Source: Pseudomonadota bacterium (GTDB lineage Bacteria; Pseudomonadota; Gammaproteobacteria; Burkholderiales; Burkholderiaceae_C). Taken from it: DNA of 26,522 nucleotides. The notes beneath the pieces were generated by a model, which saw only the letters and a list, made by a program, of their open reading frames with translations, had not been told where the DNA came from and made no database searches. The first letter of the stretch is position 1; every line of letters begins with the position of its first letter. Positions 6,505 to 15,691 of this stretch are shown in pieces. Location of the stretch: NCBI GenBank assembly GCA_046046715.1, contig JBJOJH010000206.1, forward strand, positions 1 to 26,522, written 5' to 3'. A program made the translations under genes and the position numbers.

Positions 6505-7272
6505 TCACGGCATGGCAGACCGCCACACCATCAGCCCCCCGATCAACACCGGCTGATGGAGCATGTAGTAACTCAAACTCCATCGCCCCAGTCGGGCCAG
6601 CTGGGTCTGTAAGGGCCAGTGCTGCCCGGTGCGCACGTATGAGGGATAGTGCCTCAAGGCAACCGGCGCCATAGCGGCGCCCCACCACATTACGCCCAGC
6701 CAGGGCAGCAAGGGCACGTAGTCTTCGGTGATGGGTTTTTGGCTGATCAGACCCAGCCAGTTGTAGGCCTGGCCATTTAGCAGCTGAAGTGCTGGCCAGT
6801 GCTGGTGCAACACGGGGGCCAACTGAGCTGCCGTTACGGCCAGGGCCCCTGCCAGCCATAGCCATGCGCCCCAGGCTGCCGTCAGGCGCACCACGATCAG
6901 CATCAGCGCCATGCCGTGCAACACCCCAAAGTAGATGTAGCTTTTGGGGTACATCCACCACGACGCAGCGGTGACCAAGCAGGCGCACAGGGCAATTTGC
7001 GCCCAGCGCCGCCAAAAACGCGGCCAGCTCTGGCCTTGCGCCACGGCGATGGCTTGGCCAGCACCCGCGCACAGCAAAAACAGGCTGACGATGGTGGTGC
7101 GCTGCCAGGTCCAGAACGGGTCGGCATAAAAGTTTTGATGCAAATAGCCGAACTGATTCAGATCAAACGAGGCATGAAACACCGTCATCCAGACCATGGC
7201 GATGCCGCGAATGGCGTCCAGGCCATCCATACGTTCGGTTGCTTGCGGTGCGGGGACTTGATCACGGGGCAT
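6505..7272 (-). CDS. DUF1624 / heparan-alpha-glucosaminide N-acetyltransferase-like membrane protein (255 aa)
   Basis: RMDGLDAIRGIAMVWMTVFH, FLLCAG, IYFGVLHG, DYVPLLPWLG and LGRWSLSYYMLHQP motifs. ATG 7272 preferred over the track TTG at 7290. Confidence 0.85.
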   Translation of the reverse strand: MPRDQVPAPQATERMDGLDAIRGIAMVWMTVFHASFDLNQFGYLHQNFYADPFWTWQRTTIVSLFLLCAGAGQAIAVAQGQSWPRFWRRWAQIALCACLVTAASWWMYPKSYIYFGVLHGMALMLIVVRLTAAWGAWLWLAGALAVTAAQLAPVLHQHWPALQLLNGQAYNWLGLISQKPITEDYVPLLPWLGVMWWGAAMAPVALRHYPSYVRTGQHWPLQTQLARLGRWSLSYYMLHQPVLIGGLMVWRSAMP

Positions 7273-7288
7273 GCGGTAACGATACCGC
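7273..7288 (-). promoter_or_regulatory. -10-like hexamer (TATCGT) inside a perfect 6-4-6 palindrome, candidate promoter/operator
   Basis: GCGGTA-ACGA-TACCGC abuts the ATG at 7272. On the minus strand TATCGT (7284-7279) is 6 nt before the ATG. Confidence 0.4.
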
Positions 7289-7308
7289 AATGCACCCCGG
7301 CAGGGTCG

Positions 7309-8598
7309 TCAAGGACCTAGCGACCGCAAGGGTCTCGGGGCGTCGAAACTGCCCGCAGACAAGGCAGACTGCAAAAACACCACGGGGCCGTCATTGACGA
7401 AGATATCGGTCAGCTGATCACCATTGGCATCGCCCAGCGCCAGGAAGTTGGCACCCATGGGCCCCTCCAGCCGTTGATAGACCGAAAACTGGCCACGCTG
7501 CGTGCGCGATTGCAACACCACGCTGATGTAAGACGGCAGGTTTTGCGCCTGGTACACCAAAGAAATCGCCGCAAGATCGGGCAGACCATCGGCGTTCAGG
7601 TCTGCGATGGCGACCTGGCGGGCACCATCGGGGAGGGGCAGTGTGGTGGAAGCAAACGCCCCGGGCGCCGTTTGCCGCAAGATGCTCAGGCTGGCCCCAC
7701 CCGTGCCACCGCTGGCGGCGTTGCCTGCATTGGCAGCCACGATGTCGGCTCTGCCGTCACCGTCCAGGTCGGCAACGGCCACGCCATGCACGTCGAGGCC
7801 GGCGCTCATCACCAATGCGGGGCCAAAGCCACCCAGGGGCAACTGATAGAACACCACCACGCTGTCGGTGGCGGCCAGCACGACGTCGTTGCGTCCGTCG
7901 CCGTTCAGGTCGTGGGTGACGACGGTTCTGGATCCTCTGAGGCCGCCAGTTACAAGGACGTCTGGTGCAGCATAGGTGCCAGGCAAGGACGAATTTTGTA
8001 CGTAAACCAATGCGCGAGCATTGGCCAAAACACCGTCGGCCACCACCAGATCTGCCAGCGCATCGTTGTTCAGATAGGAAATGGCAGCATGCTGGGCTGC
8101 GCCGCCGGTCGCGAGCCACACACTGGGGAGAAAACGACCAGGATCAGACGGGTTTTGCACCAGCAGGGACACGCCGCCGCTGTCGCTGCTCGCGCCCACT
8201 TGCACCGGCAAACTGGCAGGGGTGGCCACTACCAGGTCGAGCCACCCGTCACCGTTCAGGTCCCCCGCACCCAAGCCCCAGGGGTCGGGTCCCACGGCGT
8301 ACTGCTGCGGTTCCCCGAACAGACCGGGTGCGGTTTGCAAATACACCTCCACCACGCCCGGATGAGGTGGTTCACCGGCGACCAGGCTAGACGCCAGCAT
8401 CACATCGTCCAGGCCATCCCCATCCAGGTCTTTCACCACCAGCCCTGCGGGCACTCGGTAAGAGAGCGAGGTGGTGCCCGGCTCGCCTCCACCAGAACCA
8501 CAGGCCCCCAGCAGCAGCGAGCACGCAACGAACAAGACTCGCCAGAGGGCTGCTATGGCGTGGGATGTGCCTTTGTGGCGTAGCCGGTGTGGTGTCAT
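7309..8598 (-). CDS. FG-GAP/VCBS-repeat beta-propeller lipoprotein (429 aa)
   Basis: Lipobox LGAC. Seven repeats: DLDGDGLDD, DLNGDGWLD, YLNNDALAD, DLNGDGRND, DLDGDGRAD, DLNADGLPD, DANGDQLTD. ATG 8598 preferred (track ORF starts at 8643). Confidence 0.87.
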   Translation of the reverse strand: MTPHRLRHKGTSHAIAALWRVLFVACSLLLGACGSGGGEPGTTSLSYRVPAGLVVKDLDGDGLDDVMLASSLVAGEPPHPGVVEVYLQTAPGLFGEPQQYAVGPDPWGLGAGDLNGDGWLDLVVATPASLPVQVGASSDSGGVSLLVQNPSDPGRFLPSVWLATGGAAQHAAISYLNNDALADLVVADGVLANARALVYVQNSSLPGTYAAPDVLVTGGLRGSRTVVTHDLNGDGRNDVVLAATDSVVVFYQLPLGGFGPALVMSAGLDVHGVAVADLDGDGRADIVAANAGNAASGGTGGASLSILRQTAPGAFASTTLPLPDGARQVAIADLNADGLPDLAAISLVYQAQNLPSYISVVLQSRTQRGQFSVYQRLEGPMGANFLALGDANGDQLTDIFVNDGPVVFLQSALSAGSFDAPRPLRSLGP

Positions 8599-8604
8599 CC
8601 GCAG

Positions 8605-8613
8605 AAAGTAGCA
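8605..8613 (-). promoter_or_regulatory. Candidate extended -10 element (TGn-TACTTT) for the FG-GAP gene, leaderless geometry
   Basis: Minus strand reads TGC-TACTTT-CTGCGG-ATG, with 6 nt between hexamer and ATG 8598. Confidence 0.5.
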
Positions 8614-8718
8614 CCGCGACGTGTGGTGGGTGTTGAGCGGCATCTATTGCGCTGCGTTTTGACGGTTTTGGCGCTGGCCCATGCGCTTTTTTGCACGTAC
8701 AGGCAAGCAACGCTGCGC

Positions 8719-8724
8719 CATACT
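8719..8724 (+). promoter_or_regulatory. Candidate -10 element (CATACT) for the P-type ATPase
   Basis: CATACT lies 8 nt before ATG 8733. No strong SD. Confidence 0.3.
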
Positions 8725-8732
8725 GGACCGCC

Positions 8733-11408
8733 ATGACCGACAAGCACCAGCACGCCGGAGACGACAAGTCAGCCACGACGCCACCCCACCAGATCGAGGC
8801 GCAAGCCTTGGCGCGGCAGCTGGGGGTAGATCCCGCTCGGGGTCTGAGCACTGCACACGCCGCCACGCGCCTGCAAGAGCACGGTCCCAACCGCCTTCCG
8901 GGTCCTGTCCCGAGGTCTATGGCGGCCCTGCTGCTGGCCCAGTTTCGAGACTTCATGATCGGCGTTCTGCTGGCGGCCGCCCTGGTGTCAGGGCTGGTGG
9001 GTAAGTGGGTGGACATGCTGGTGATCGTGGTGATTGTGGTTCTCAACGCCCTGATCGGTGTTGCCCAGGCCTGGCGTGCCGAGCGCGCCATGGCGGCACT
9101 GCGCATGCTGGCCCAGGCACAAGCCACGGTCATGCGCGACGGAATGACCAGCACGCTGGACGCCGAGGCGCTGGTACCCGGCGACATCGTGTTGCTGGAC
9201 GCGGGCTGCCAGGTTCCGGCCGACCTGCGTTTGCTGGAGGTGGTTCAGCTTCACGTAGACGAATCTGCCTTGACCGGTGAGTCCGTCACGGTGCCCAAGG
9301 TCAGCGACGTTTTGGCAGAGGACGCGCCCACGCTCGGGGATCGGCTGAACATGGCCTACAAGGGCACCTCGGTGACGCAGGGCCGTGGCCGGGGTGTGGT
9401 TCTGGCCACCGGCATGAGCACCGAATTGGGCAAGCTGGCGGGCTTGCTGGCGCAGGACAGTGAGCGCAGCACGCCGCTGCAAAAGCGCTTGGCTGCGCTG
9501 GGCCAGCGCATGGCGTGGGCGGTGATGTTCATTTGCGCTCTGGTGTTTGCCGTGGGCGTGCTGCGGGGCGAAGGCCCCTTGCACATGATTTTGGTGGCCG
9601 TCAGTCTGGCTGTTGCTGCCATCCCCGAGGCCCTGCCGGCGGTGGTCACCGTGTTGTTGGCCCTGGGTGCCCACAAGATGGTGGCGGTGCATGTGCTCGT
9701 CAAACGGCTCTCGGCGGTCGAAACCCTGGGCTCCGTGAGCATCATTTGCACCGATAAAACCGGCACGCTCACCCAGAACCGCATGCACGTAGAGCACATC
9801 ACCACGGCCGATGGGCAGGATCATGATCTGAAGGGCTGGCAGCCGGATGTGCAGGGGCATGAGCTCTTGCGGGCGGTGACTCTGTGCAACAACGCTCAGC
9901 CCAGCGCAAACGGCTCCTGGCAGGGTGACCCCACCGAGACCGCCCTGGTCGACGCCGCTCACAGCCTGGGCCTGAGCAAGCTGGCCTTGGACGACGCGCA
10001 TCCACGGGCGCACGAGCATGCCTTTGACGCCAGCCACAAACGCATGAGCACTTACCACCCGGCACCAAGCGGCTATGTGCTTTACACCAAGGGCGCGCCG
10101 GAGGCTGTCATCCCACTTTGCCATGAGGTTTGGTCACCCAGCGCGCCTTTGCCCCTGCATGCGGCACAGTGGCTGGAGCGAGCCGACGCCATGGCGCAAA
10201 GCGGCCTGCGCGTGCTGGCGGTGGCACGCATGGCACTTCCCACGCTACCGGACGATCCCAACCCGGCCGTCGCCTCCAAGGGCCAGATGCAGCTCCTCGG
10301 GCTGGTCGGCATGATGGACCCGCCGCGCCCAGAAGTGGTGAAGGCCGTGCAGTCGTGCCTGCATGCGGGTATCCGCCCCATCATGATCACCGGCGATCAC
10401 CCCGCCACGGCACTGGCGATTGCCCAGCGGGTGGGGATTGCGCCCACAGACGCAGCCCGGTCAAACCTGGCTGGACCTGTCATGACTGGCGCGGCGCTGG
10501 CGACCCTGGATGCCGCCGCACTGCAGGACCGGCTGGCCCACACCAGCGTCTATGCGCGCGTGGACCCGGCTCAAAAAATTCGCATCGTTCAGGCCTTGCA
10601 GGCCCAAGGACACTTCGTTGCCATGACGGGCGATGGGGTGAACGATGCGCCCGCCCTGCAGTGCGCGGACATCGGGGTGGCGATGGGAAAAGCCGGCACC
10701 GACGTGGCCCGCGAGGCCGCCAGCCTGGTGCTGCTGGACGACAACTTTGCCTCCATCGTGCGGGCGGTGCGCGAGGGGCGGCGTATTTACGACAACATCC
10801 GCAAGTTTGTTCGCTACGCCATGACCGGCAATTCGGGCGAGATCTGGACCATCTTTTTGGCGCCCTTGCTGGGTTTGCCCCTGCCCCTGCTGCCCATCCA
10901 CATCTTGTGGATCAATCTGGTCACCGACGGGCTGCCCGGCCTGGCTTTGGCGGCCGAGCGCGCCGAGCCGGGTGTGATGCAGCGCCCGCCCCGCCCTCCT
11001 GACGAAAGCCTGTTTGCCGGGGGGCTTTGGCAGCACGTGCTGGGTTTTGGTCTGTTGATGGGCGGACTGTGCCTGGCCGTGCAGGCCTGGGCGCTCAGCA
11101 GCCCGGCAACATCAGGCCAGGCACAGACCATGGTGTTTACAGTGCTGACCTTCTGCCAGATGGCCCATGTGCTGGCGATCCGGTCCGAGCGTGAGTCATT
11201 GATGCAGCTGGGCCTGTTCAGCAACCGGCCCTTGCTGGGCGCCGTGCTGATGACGCTAGCCCTGCAACTGGCCACCCTCTACATCCCCGTTCTGCAGCCC
11301 ATCTTCAAGACCGTTCCCCTGGGGGCCGCCGAGCTGGCCTTGTGCGTGGCAGCGGCAGGGGTGGTCTATGCGGCAGTTGAGCTGGAGAAGCTATGGCGCA
11401 GGCGATGA
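8733..11408 (+). CDS. Cation-transporting P-type ATPase, P2A (Ca2+-ATPase/SERCA-like) (891 aa)
   Basis: TGES, DKTGTLT phosphorylation site, KGAPE, TGD, TGDGVNDAPAL. Ion-binding helices TM4 IPEALP, TM5 TGNSGE and TM6 INLVTDG. ATG 8733 preferred over the track TTG at 8691. Confidence 0.92.
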   Translation: MTDKHQHAGDDKSATTPPHQIEAQALARQLGVDPARGLSTAHAATRLQEHGPNRLPGPVPRSMAALLLAQFRDFMIGVLLAAALVSGLVGKWVDMLVIVVIVVLNALIGVAQAWRAERAMAALRMLAQAQATVMRDGMTSTLDAEALVPGDIVLLDAGCQVPADLRLLEVVQLHVDESALTGESVTVPKVSDVLAEDAPTLGDRLNMAYKGTSVTQGRGRGVVLATGMSTELGKLAGLLAQDSERSTPLQKRLAALGQRMAWAVMFICALVFAVGVLRGEGPLHMILVAVSLAVAAIPEALPAVVTVLLALGAHKMVAVHVLVKRLSAVETLGSVSIICTDKTGTLTQNRMHVEHITTADGQDHDLKGWQPDVQGHELLRAVTLCNNAQPSANGSWQGDPTETALVDAAHSLGLSKLALDDAHPRAHEHAFDASHKRMSTYHPAPSGYVLYTKGAPEAVIPLCHEVWSPSAPLPLHAAQWLERADAMAQSGLRVLAVARMALPTLPDDPNPAVASKGQMQLLGLVGMMDPPRPEVVKAVQSCLHAGIRPIMITGDHPATALAIAQRVGIAPTDAARSNLAGPVMTGAALATLDAAALQDRLAHTSVYARVDPAQKIRIVQALQAQGHFVAMTGDGVNDAPALQCADIGVAMGKAGTDVAREAASLVLLDDNFASIVRAVREGRRIYDNIRKFVRYAMTGNSGEIWTIFLAPLLGLPLPLLPIHILWINLVTDGLPGLALAAERAEPGVMQRPPRPPDESLFAGGLWQHVLGFGLLMGGLCLAVQAWALSSPATSGQAQTMVFTVLTFCQMAHVLAIRSERESLMQLGLFSNRPLLGAVLMTLALQLATLYIPVLQPIFKTVPLGAAELALCVAAAGVVYAAVELEKLWRRR

Positions 11409-11414
11409 ATCGGC

Positions 11415-14400
11415 TCAGCCGACCCACTTGCGGGCGTTGTGCCACAGCTGCATCCAGGGGCTGGCCGCCTCCAGACCACCGGTTTGGGCCAGGTCGGTCC
11501 AGCTCATCTGGATGTTGCGAAACACGCGCTCGGGGTGGGGCATCATGGCCGTGAAGCGGCCATCGGCCGTGGTCACTGCCGTCAGGCCGCCCGGACTGCC
11601 GTTGGGGTTGAAGGGGTAACGCTCTGTAGCCACCCCCGCGTGGTCGGTAAAGCGCATGGCGGCAATGGCCTGGGCCGCGTTGCCACGGGCAGAGAAGTTG
11701 GCATAACCCTCGCCATGCGCCACCGCGATAGGCAAACGAGTGCCCGCCATACCGGCAAAGAACAGCGAGGGCGATGCCAGCACTTCCACCTGGCTCAGGC
11801 GGGCCTCAAAACGCTCGCTCTGGTTGGTGGTGAAGCGTGGCCAGGCGTCAGCGCCGGGGATGATGTCGGCCAGCTCGGCAAACATCTGGCAGCCGTTGCA
11901 AACGCCCAGGCCAAAGGTGTCTGTGCGGGCAAAAAAGGCCTTGAACTGGTCTGACAGCGCGGCATTGAAGGTGATCGACCGGGCCCAGCCGATGCCAGCA
12001 CCCAGGGTATCGCCGTAACTGAAACCGCCGCAGGCCACCACACCGGTGAAGTCCTGCAGGCGCGCCCGACCGGTTTGCAGATCGGTCATGTGCACGTCCA
12101 CTGCTTCGAAACCAGCTTGCGTGAAGGCGTAAGCCATTTCCACATGCGAGTTGACGCCCTGCTCACGCAAGATGGCCACACGGGGCCGCGACAGCGTCAA
12201 CGCGGGGGCCGCAGGCAACGCCGGCGAGACAGCAAAGCCGGCAGGCAGCACCACATGCAAACCAGGGTCGCCCGGCTCACCAGCGGCAGCGTGTTCTGCG
12301 TCTGCACAGGCCGGGTTGTCACGCAGCTGGCAAATCTTCCAGCTGGTGGCGTCCCACACCTGATGCAGGTCGGCCAGCTTGGCCGTGAACACGGCTTTGG
12401 CATCGCGCCAGACCTGAACCTCGCCCACGCCCGCCGTGATGGTCGAGTTGGCCGGGCGCGTCTTGCCGATGAAGTGGCTGTGCTTGCTCAAGCCGTGCTC
12501 GCGCAGGGTTTGCATGACTTCACTGCGCTCGGTGGTGCGTACTTGCAAAACCACGCCCAGCTCTTCAGTGAACAAGGCCTTGAGCGTGAGCTCCTCCCGG
12601 CGGGCGCTGACCTGGCTCGTCCAGTTCTTGCTGTCACCGTGCTCGGCCCGGCTGTCGCTGATGCCATCACCTTCGGTCACCAGCATGTCCACATTCAGTG
12701 CCACGCCCACATGGCCGGCAAAGGCCATCTCGCAAGCGGTGGCAAACAGACCGCCATCGCTGCGGTCGTGGTAAGCCAGAATCTTTCCCTGCGCGCGCAG
12801 CAGGTTGACCGCCTTGACCAGATTCACCAGGTCTTGTGGGTCGTCCAGATCGGGCACCTGGTCGCCAGTCTGCCCCAGGGTCTGGGCCAGCATGCTGCCG
12901 CCCATGCGGTTTTTGCCATGTCCCAGGTCGATCAGCACCAGCGTGGTGTCGAATTCTGCGTCCAGCTGTGGCGTGAGGGTGCCGCGCACATCGGCCAGGG
13001 TGGCAAAGGCCGAGACGATGAGCGATACCGGCGAAGTCACTTTTTTGGCTTGACCACTGGCATCGTCTTTCCACTGCGTGCGCATCGACAGGGAGTCTTT
13101 GCCCACGGGGATGGACACGCCCAAGGCCGGGCACAGTTCCATGCCCACGGCCTGGACCGTGGCGTACAGGGCCGCGTCTTCGCCGGGTTCGCCACAGGCT
13201 GCCATCCAGTTGGCCGACAGCTTGACGCGAGACAGCTCGATGGGCGCTGCCAGCAGGTTGGTGATGGCCTCGGCCACCGCCATGCGGCCGGAGGCTGGCG
13301 CATCCAAGGCCGCCAAAGGCGTGCGTTCACCCATGCTCATGGCCTCACCCGCAAAGCCTTGGTAGTCGGCCAGGGTCACGGCGCAGTCTGCGACCGGCAC
13401 CTGCCAGGGGCCGACCATTTGGTCGCGATGGCTCATGCCGCCTACGGTGCGGTCGCCTATGGTGATCAGGAATCGCTTGGACGCCACCGTCGGGCTGGCC
13501 AGCACCTGGATGGCGGCAGTTTGTAGCGCCACACCGGTGAGGTCGAGCGGCTTGAAGGTGCGCGCCACGGTTTTGACGTCGCGGTGCATCTTGGGCGGCT
13601 TGCCCAGCAGCACATCCATAGGCATGTGAACTGGAGCGTCCTGCTGGTCGTCACTCAGTACCAGCTGACGCTCTTCCGTGGCCACGCCCACCACGGCAAA
13701 CGGGCAACGCTCACGCTCGCACAGGGACTTGAACAGGTCCAGCGACTCGGGCGCAATGGCCAGCACGTAGCGTTCCTGGCTCTCGTTGCACCAAATTTCC
13801 TTGGGCGCCAGGCCGCTTTCTTCCAATGGTACGGCGCGCAAATCAAAGCGCGCACCACGGCCCGCATCGTTGGTCAATTCGGGGAAGGCATTCGACAAAC
13901 CGCCTGCGCCGACATCGTGGATCGCGAGGATGGGGTTGGCGTCCTTGCCCAGGTTCCAGCAGTGGTTGATCACCTCTTGCGCCCGGCGCTCGATTTCTGG
14001 GTTGCCGCGCTGCACCGAATCAAAGTCGAGCTGGGCCGCATTGGCGCCGGTTGCCATGGAGCTGGCTGCACTGCCCCCCATGCCGATGCGCATGCCCGGG
14101 CCGCCGAGCTGAATCAGCAGGCTGCCGGCAGGAAACACCACCTTGTGGGTCAGGTCTGCATCGATCACACCCAAACCACCGGCAATCATGATGGGCTTGT
14201 GATAACCGCGCTGCTCGGAGCTGTCGACACCCGCTGTGCTGCTGGCCACGCTTTGCTCGTATTCCCGGAAGTAGCCCAGCAGGTTGGGTCGGCCAAACTC
14301 GTTGTTGAAAGCAGCTCCGCCCAGGGGGCCTTCGATCATGATTTGCAAGGGGCTGGCAATGTGCTCGGGCTTGCCATAAACGCCCTGGTCCTGTGGCCAC

Positions 14401-15473
14401 AGGCTGGACACGGTGAACCCGGTCAGGCCGGCCTTGGGTTTGGAGCCGCGACCCGTGGCGCCCTCGTCCCGAATTTCCCCACCGGCACCGGTCGAGGCGC
14501 CCGGAAAAGGCGAAATCGCCGTGGGGTGGTTGTGGGTCTCCACCTTCATCAGCACATGGCTGGTAGCCTGAATCTTTTGGTAGCTGGGTGACTGGCCCTG
14601 CGCCTGATTAGCCTTGGCCACGAACCGCTCCACCTGGGTACCTTCCATCACTGAGGCGTTGTCCGAATAGGCCACCACCATGTGTTGGGGATGCGTCTGG
14701 TGCGTGTGGCGAATCATGCCAAACAGGCTCTTGTCCTGCGCCACGCCGTCGATGGTGAACTGCGCATTGAAGATCTTGTGACGGCAGTGCTCGCTGTTGG
14801 CCTGCGCGAACATCATCAACTCGACGTCGGTAGGGTTGCGCTGGAGTTGCGTGAAAGCCTGTACCAGGTAGTCAATCTCGTCCGCCGCCAGGGCCAGGCC
14901 AAACTCGGCATTGGCCGATTCCAGAGCCGTCTTGCCGCCGCCGAGCACATCCACATGTGCCATCGGGGCCGCCTGCAATTCAGTGAATAAGTTCAGCGCA
15001 TGGTTGCGCTCGAACATCACACTTTCGGTCATGCGGTCATGCAATAAAGCAGCAACGTGCTGTCGCTGGTCTTCGCTCAGACTTGCTTGCCCGCCCAGCA
15101 GGCTGCCCATCAGCCCGGTTTTGAGGCTGATGCGGTATTCCACGATGCGCTCCACCCGGCGGATGGGCAGGCCACAGTTGTGGGCAATGTCCGTGGCTTT
15201 GGAAGCCCAGGGCGACACCGTGCCAAACCGGGGCGTGACGACGATCAGCGCTCCGCCAGAGGCTGTGGTGGCAGGCTCGCCATAGGTCAGGAGCGCCGCC
15301 AGCTGGGTATGCAGTGCAGCGTCGGGAACAGCGTCAGACGTCACCAGATGCACAAAGCGTGCACTCAGGCCATCAATGCGCTCATGAACGGCTTGCAAAC
15401 GGGGCAGAAGTTGCTGAATTCGAAACGAGCTAAGAGCGCTGCCGCCCTCGAATTGGGTGATGTGCAGGGTCAC
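11415..15473 (-). CDS. purL: Phosphoribosylformylglycinamidine synthase, large single-chain type (1352 aa)
   Basis: [31 protein letters not shown], glutaminase GVCNGCQM and MMPHPER motifs; full length with GTG start. Confidence 0.98.
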   Translation of the reverse strand: MTLHITQFEGGSALSSFRIQQLLPRLQAVHERIDGLSARFVHLVTSDAVPDAALHTQLAALLTYGEPATTASGGALIVVTPRFGTVSPWASKATDIAHNCGLPIRRVERIVEYRISLKTGLMGSLLGGQASLSEDQRQHVAALLHDRMTESVMFERNHALNLFTELQAAPMAHVDVLGGGKTALESANAEFGLALAADEIDYLVQAFTQLQRNPTDVELMMFAQANSEHCRHKIFNAQFTIDGVAQDKSLFGMIRHTHQTHPQHMVVAYSDNASVMEGTQVERFVAKANQAQGQSPSYQKIQATSHVLMKVETHNHPTAISPFPGASTGAGGEIRDEGATGRGSKPKAGLTGFTVSSLWPQDQGVYGKPEHIASPLQIMIEGPLGGAAFNNEFGRPNLLGYFREYEQSVASSTAGVDSSEQRGYHKPIMIAGGLGVIDADLTHKVVFPAGSLLIQLGGPGMRIGMGGSAASSMATGANAAQLDFDSVQRGNPEIERRAQEVINHCWNLGKDANPILAIHDVGAGGLSNAFPELTNDAGRGARFDLRAVPLEESGLAPKEIWCNESQERYVLAIAPESLDLFKSLCERERCPFAVVGVATEERQLVLSDDQQDAPVHMPMDVLLGKPPKMHRDVKTVARTFKPLDLTGVALQTAAIQVLASPTVASKRFLITIGDRTVGGMSHRDQMVGPWQVPVADCAVTLADYQGFAGEAMSMGERTPLAALDAPASGRMAVAEAITNLLAAPIELSRVKLSANWMAACGEPGEDAALYATVQAVGMELCPALGVSIPVGKDSLSMRTQWKDDASGQAKKVTSPVSLIVSAFATLADVRGTLTPQLDAEFDTTLVLIDLGHGKNRMGGSMLAQTLGQTGDQVPDLDDPQDLVNLVKAVNLLRAQGKILAYHDRSDGGLFATACEMAFAGHVGVALNVDMLVTEGDGISDSRAEHGDSKNWTSQVSARREELTLKALFTEELGVVLQVRTTERSEVMQTLREHGLSKHSHFIGKTRPANSTITAGVGEVQVWRDAKAVFTAKLADLHQVWDATSWKICQLRDNPACADAEHAAAGEPGDPGLHVVLPAGFAVSPALPAAPALTLSRPRVAILREQGVNSHVEMAYAFTQAGFEAVDVHMTDLQTGRARLQDFTGVVACGGFSYGDTLGAGIGWARSITFNAALSDQFKAFFARTDTFGLGVCNGCQMFAELADIIPGADAWPRFTTNQSERFEARLSQVEVLASPSLFFAGMAGTRLPIAVAHGEGYANFSARGNAAQAIAAMRFTDHAGVATERYPFNPNGSPGGLTAVTTADGRFTAMMPHPERVFRNIQMSWTDLAQTGGLEAASPWMQLWHNARKWVG

Positions 15474-15512
15474 GAGAGGCCTGGAAGGTGGGCTGTAGAG
15501 ATGAAAGAGGAC

Positions 15513-15544
15513 ACCGGCTTACGGTTCGATGGGTCGAAGCCGGT
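15513..15544 (-). other. Stem-loop in the putative purL 5' leader
   Basis: Outer inverted repeat ACCGGCTT/AAGCCGGT plus inner TTCGA-TGGG-TCGAA, 40-70 nt upstream of the purL GTG. Confidence 0.45.
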
Positions 15545-15559
15545 CGCCAAGAGCTCAAG

Positions 15560-15565
15560 ATTTTA
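15560..15565 (-). promoter_or_regulatory. Candidate purL -10 element (TAAAAT)
   Basis: TAAAAT on the minus strand about 87 nt upstream of the GTG. No clear -35 box. Confidence 0.4.
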
Positions 15566-15691
15566 ACGACCGGGCACGCCGGTTATTGATGTGACGACCG
15601 ATTGCCAAACTCGACTTGGCTGCGCTCCGTCAGGCGTCAAAAACGTGCGATCAGCTAATATGGACAAGGTTTCAACACAAGGGGGAAGACT

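Noticed and set aside
7474-10124. 369-aa (+) and 378-aa (-) ORFs opposite the FG-GAP and ATPase genes
   Set aside because: Antisense shadows; the opposite frames carry clear family motifs.
12590-12690. Insertion in PurL ([28 protein letters not shown]) relative to enterobacterial PurL
   Set aside because: In frame, with no intein or mobile-element hallmarks; looks like a lineage-specific loop rather than a novelty.
12075-14591. 483-aa and 335-aa plus-strand ORFs inside purL
   Set aside because: Antisense shadows of a conserved essential gene, with no start signals or domains.
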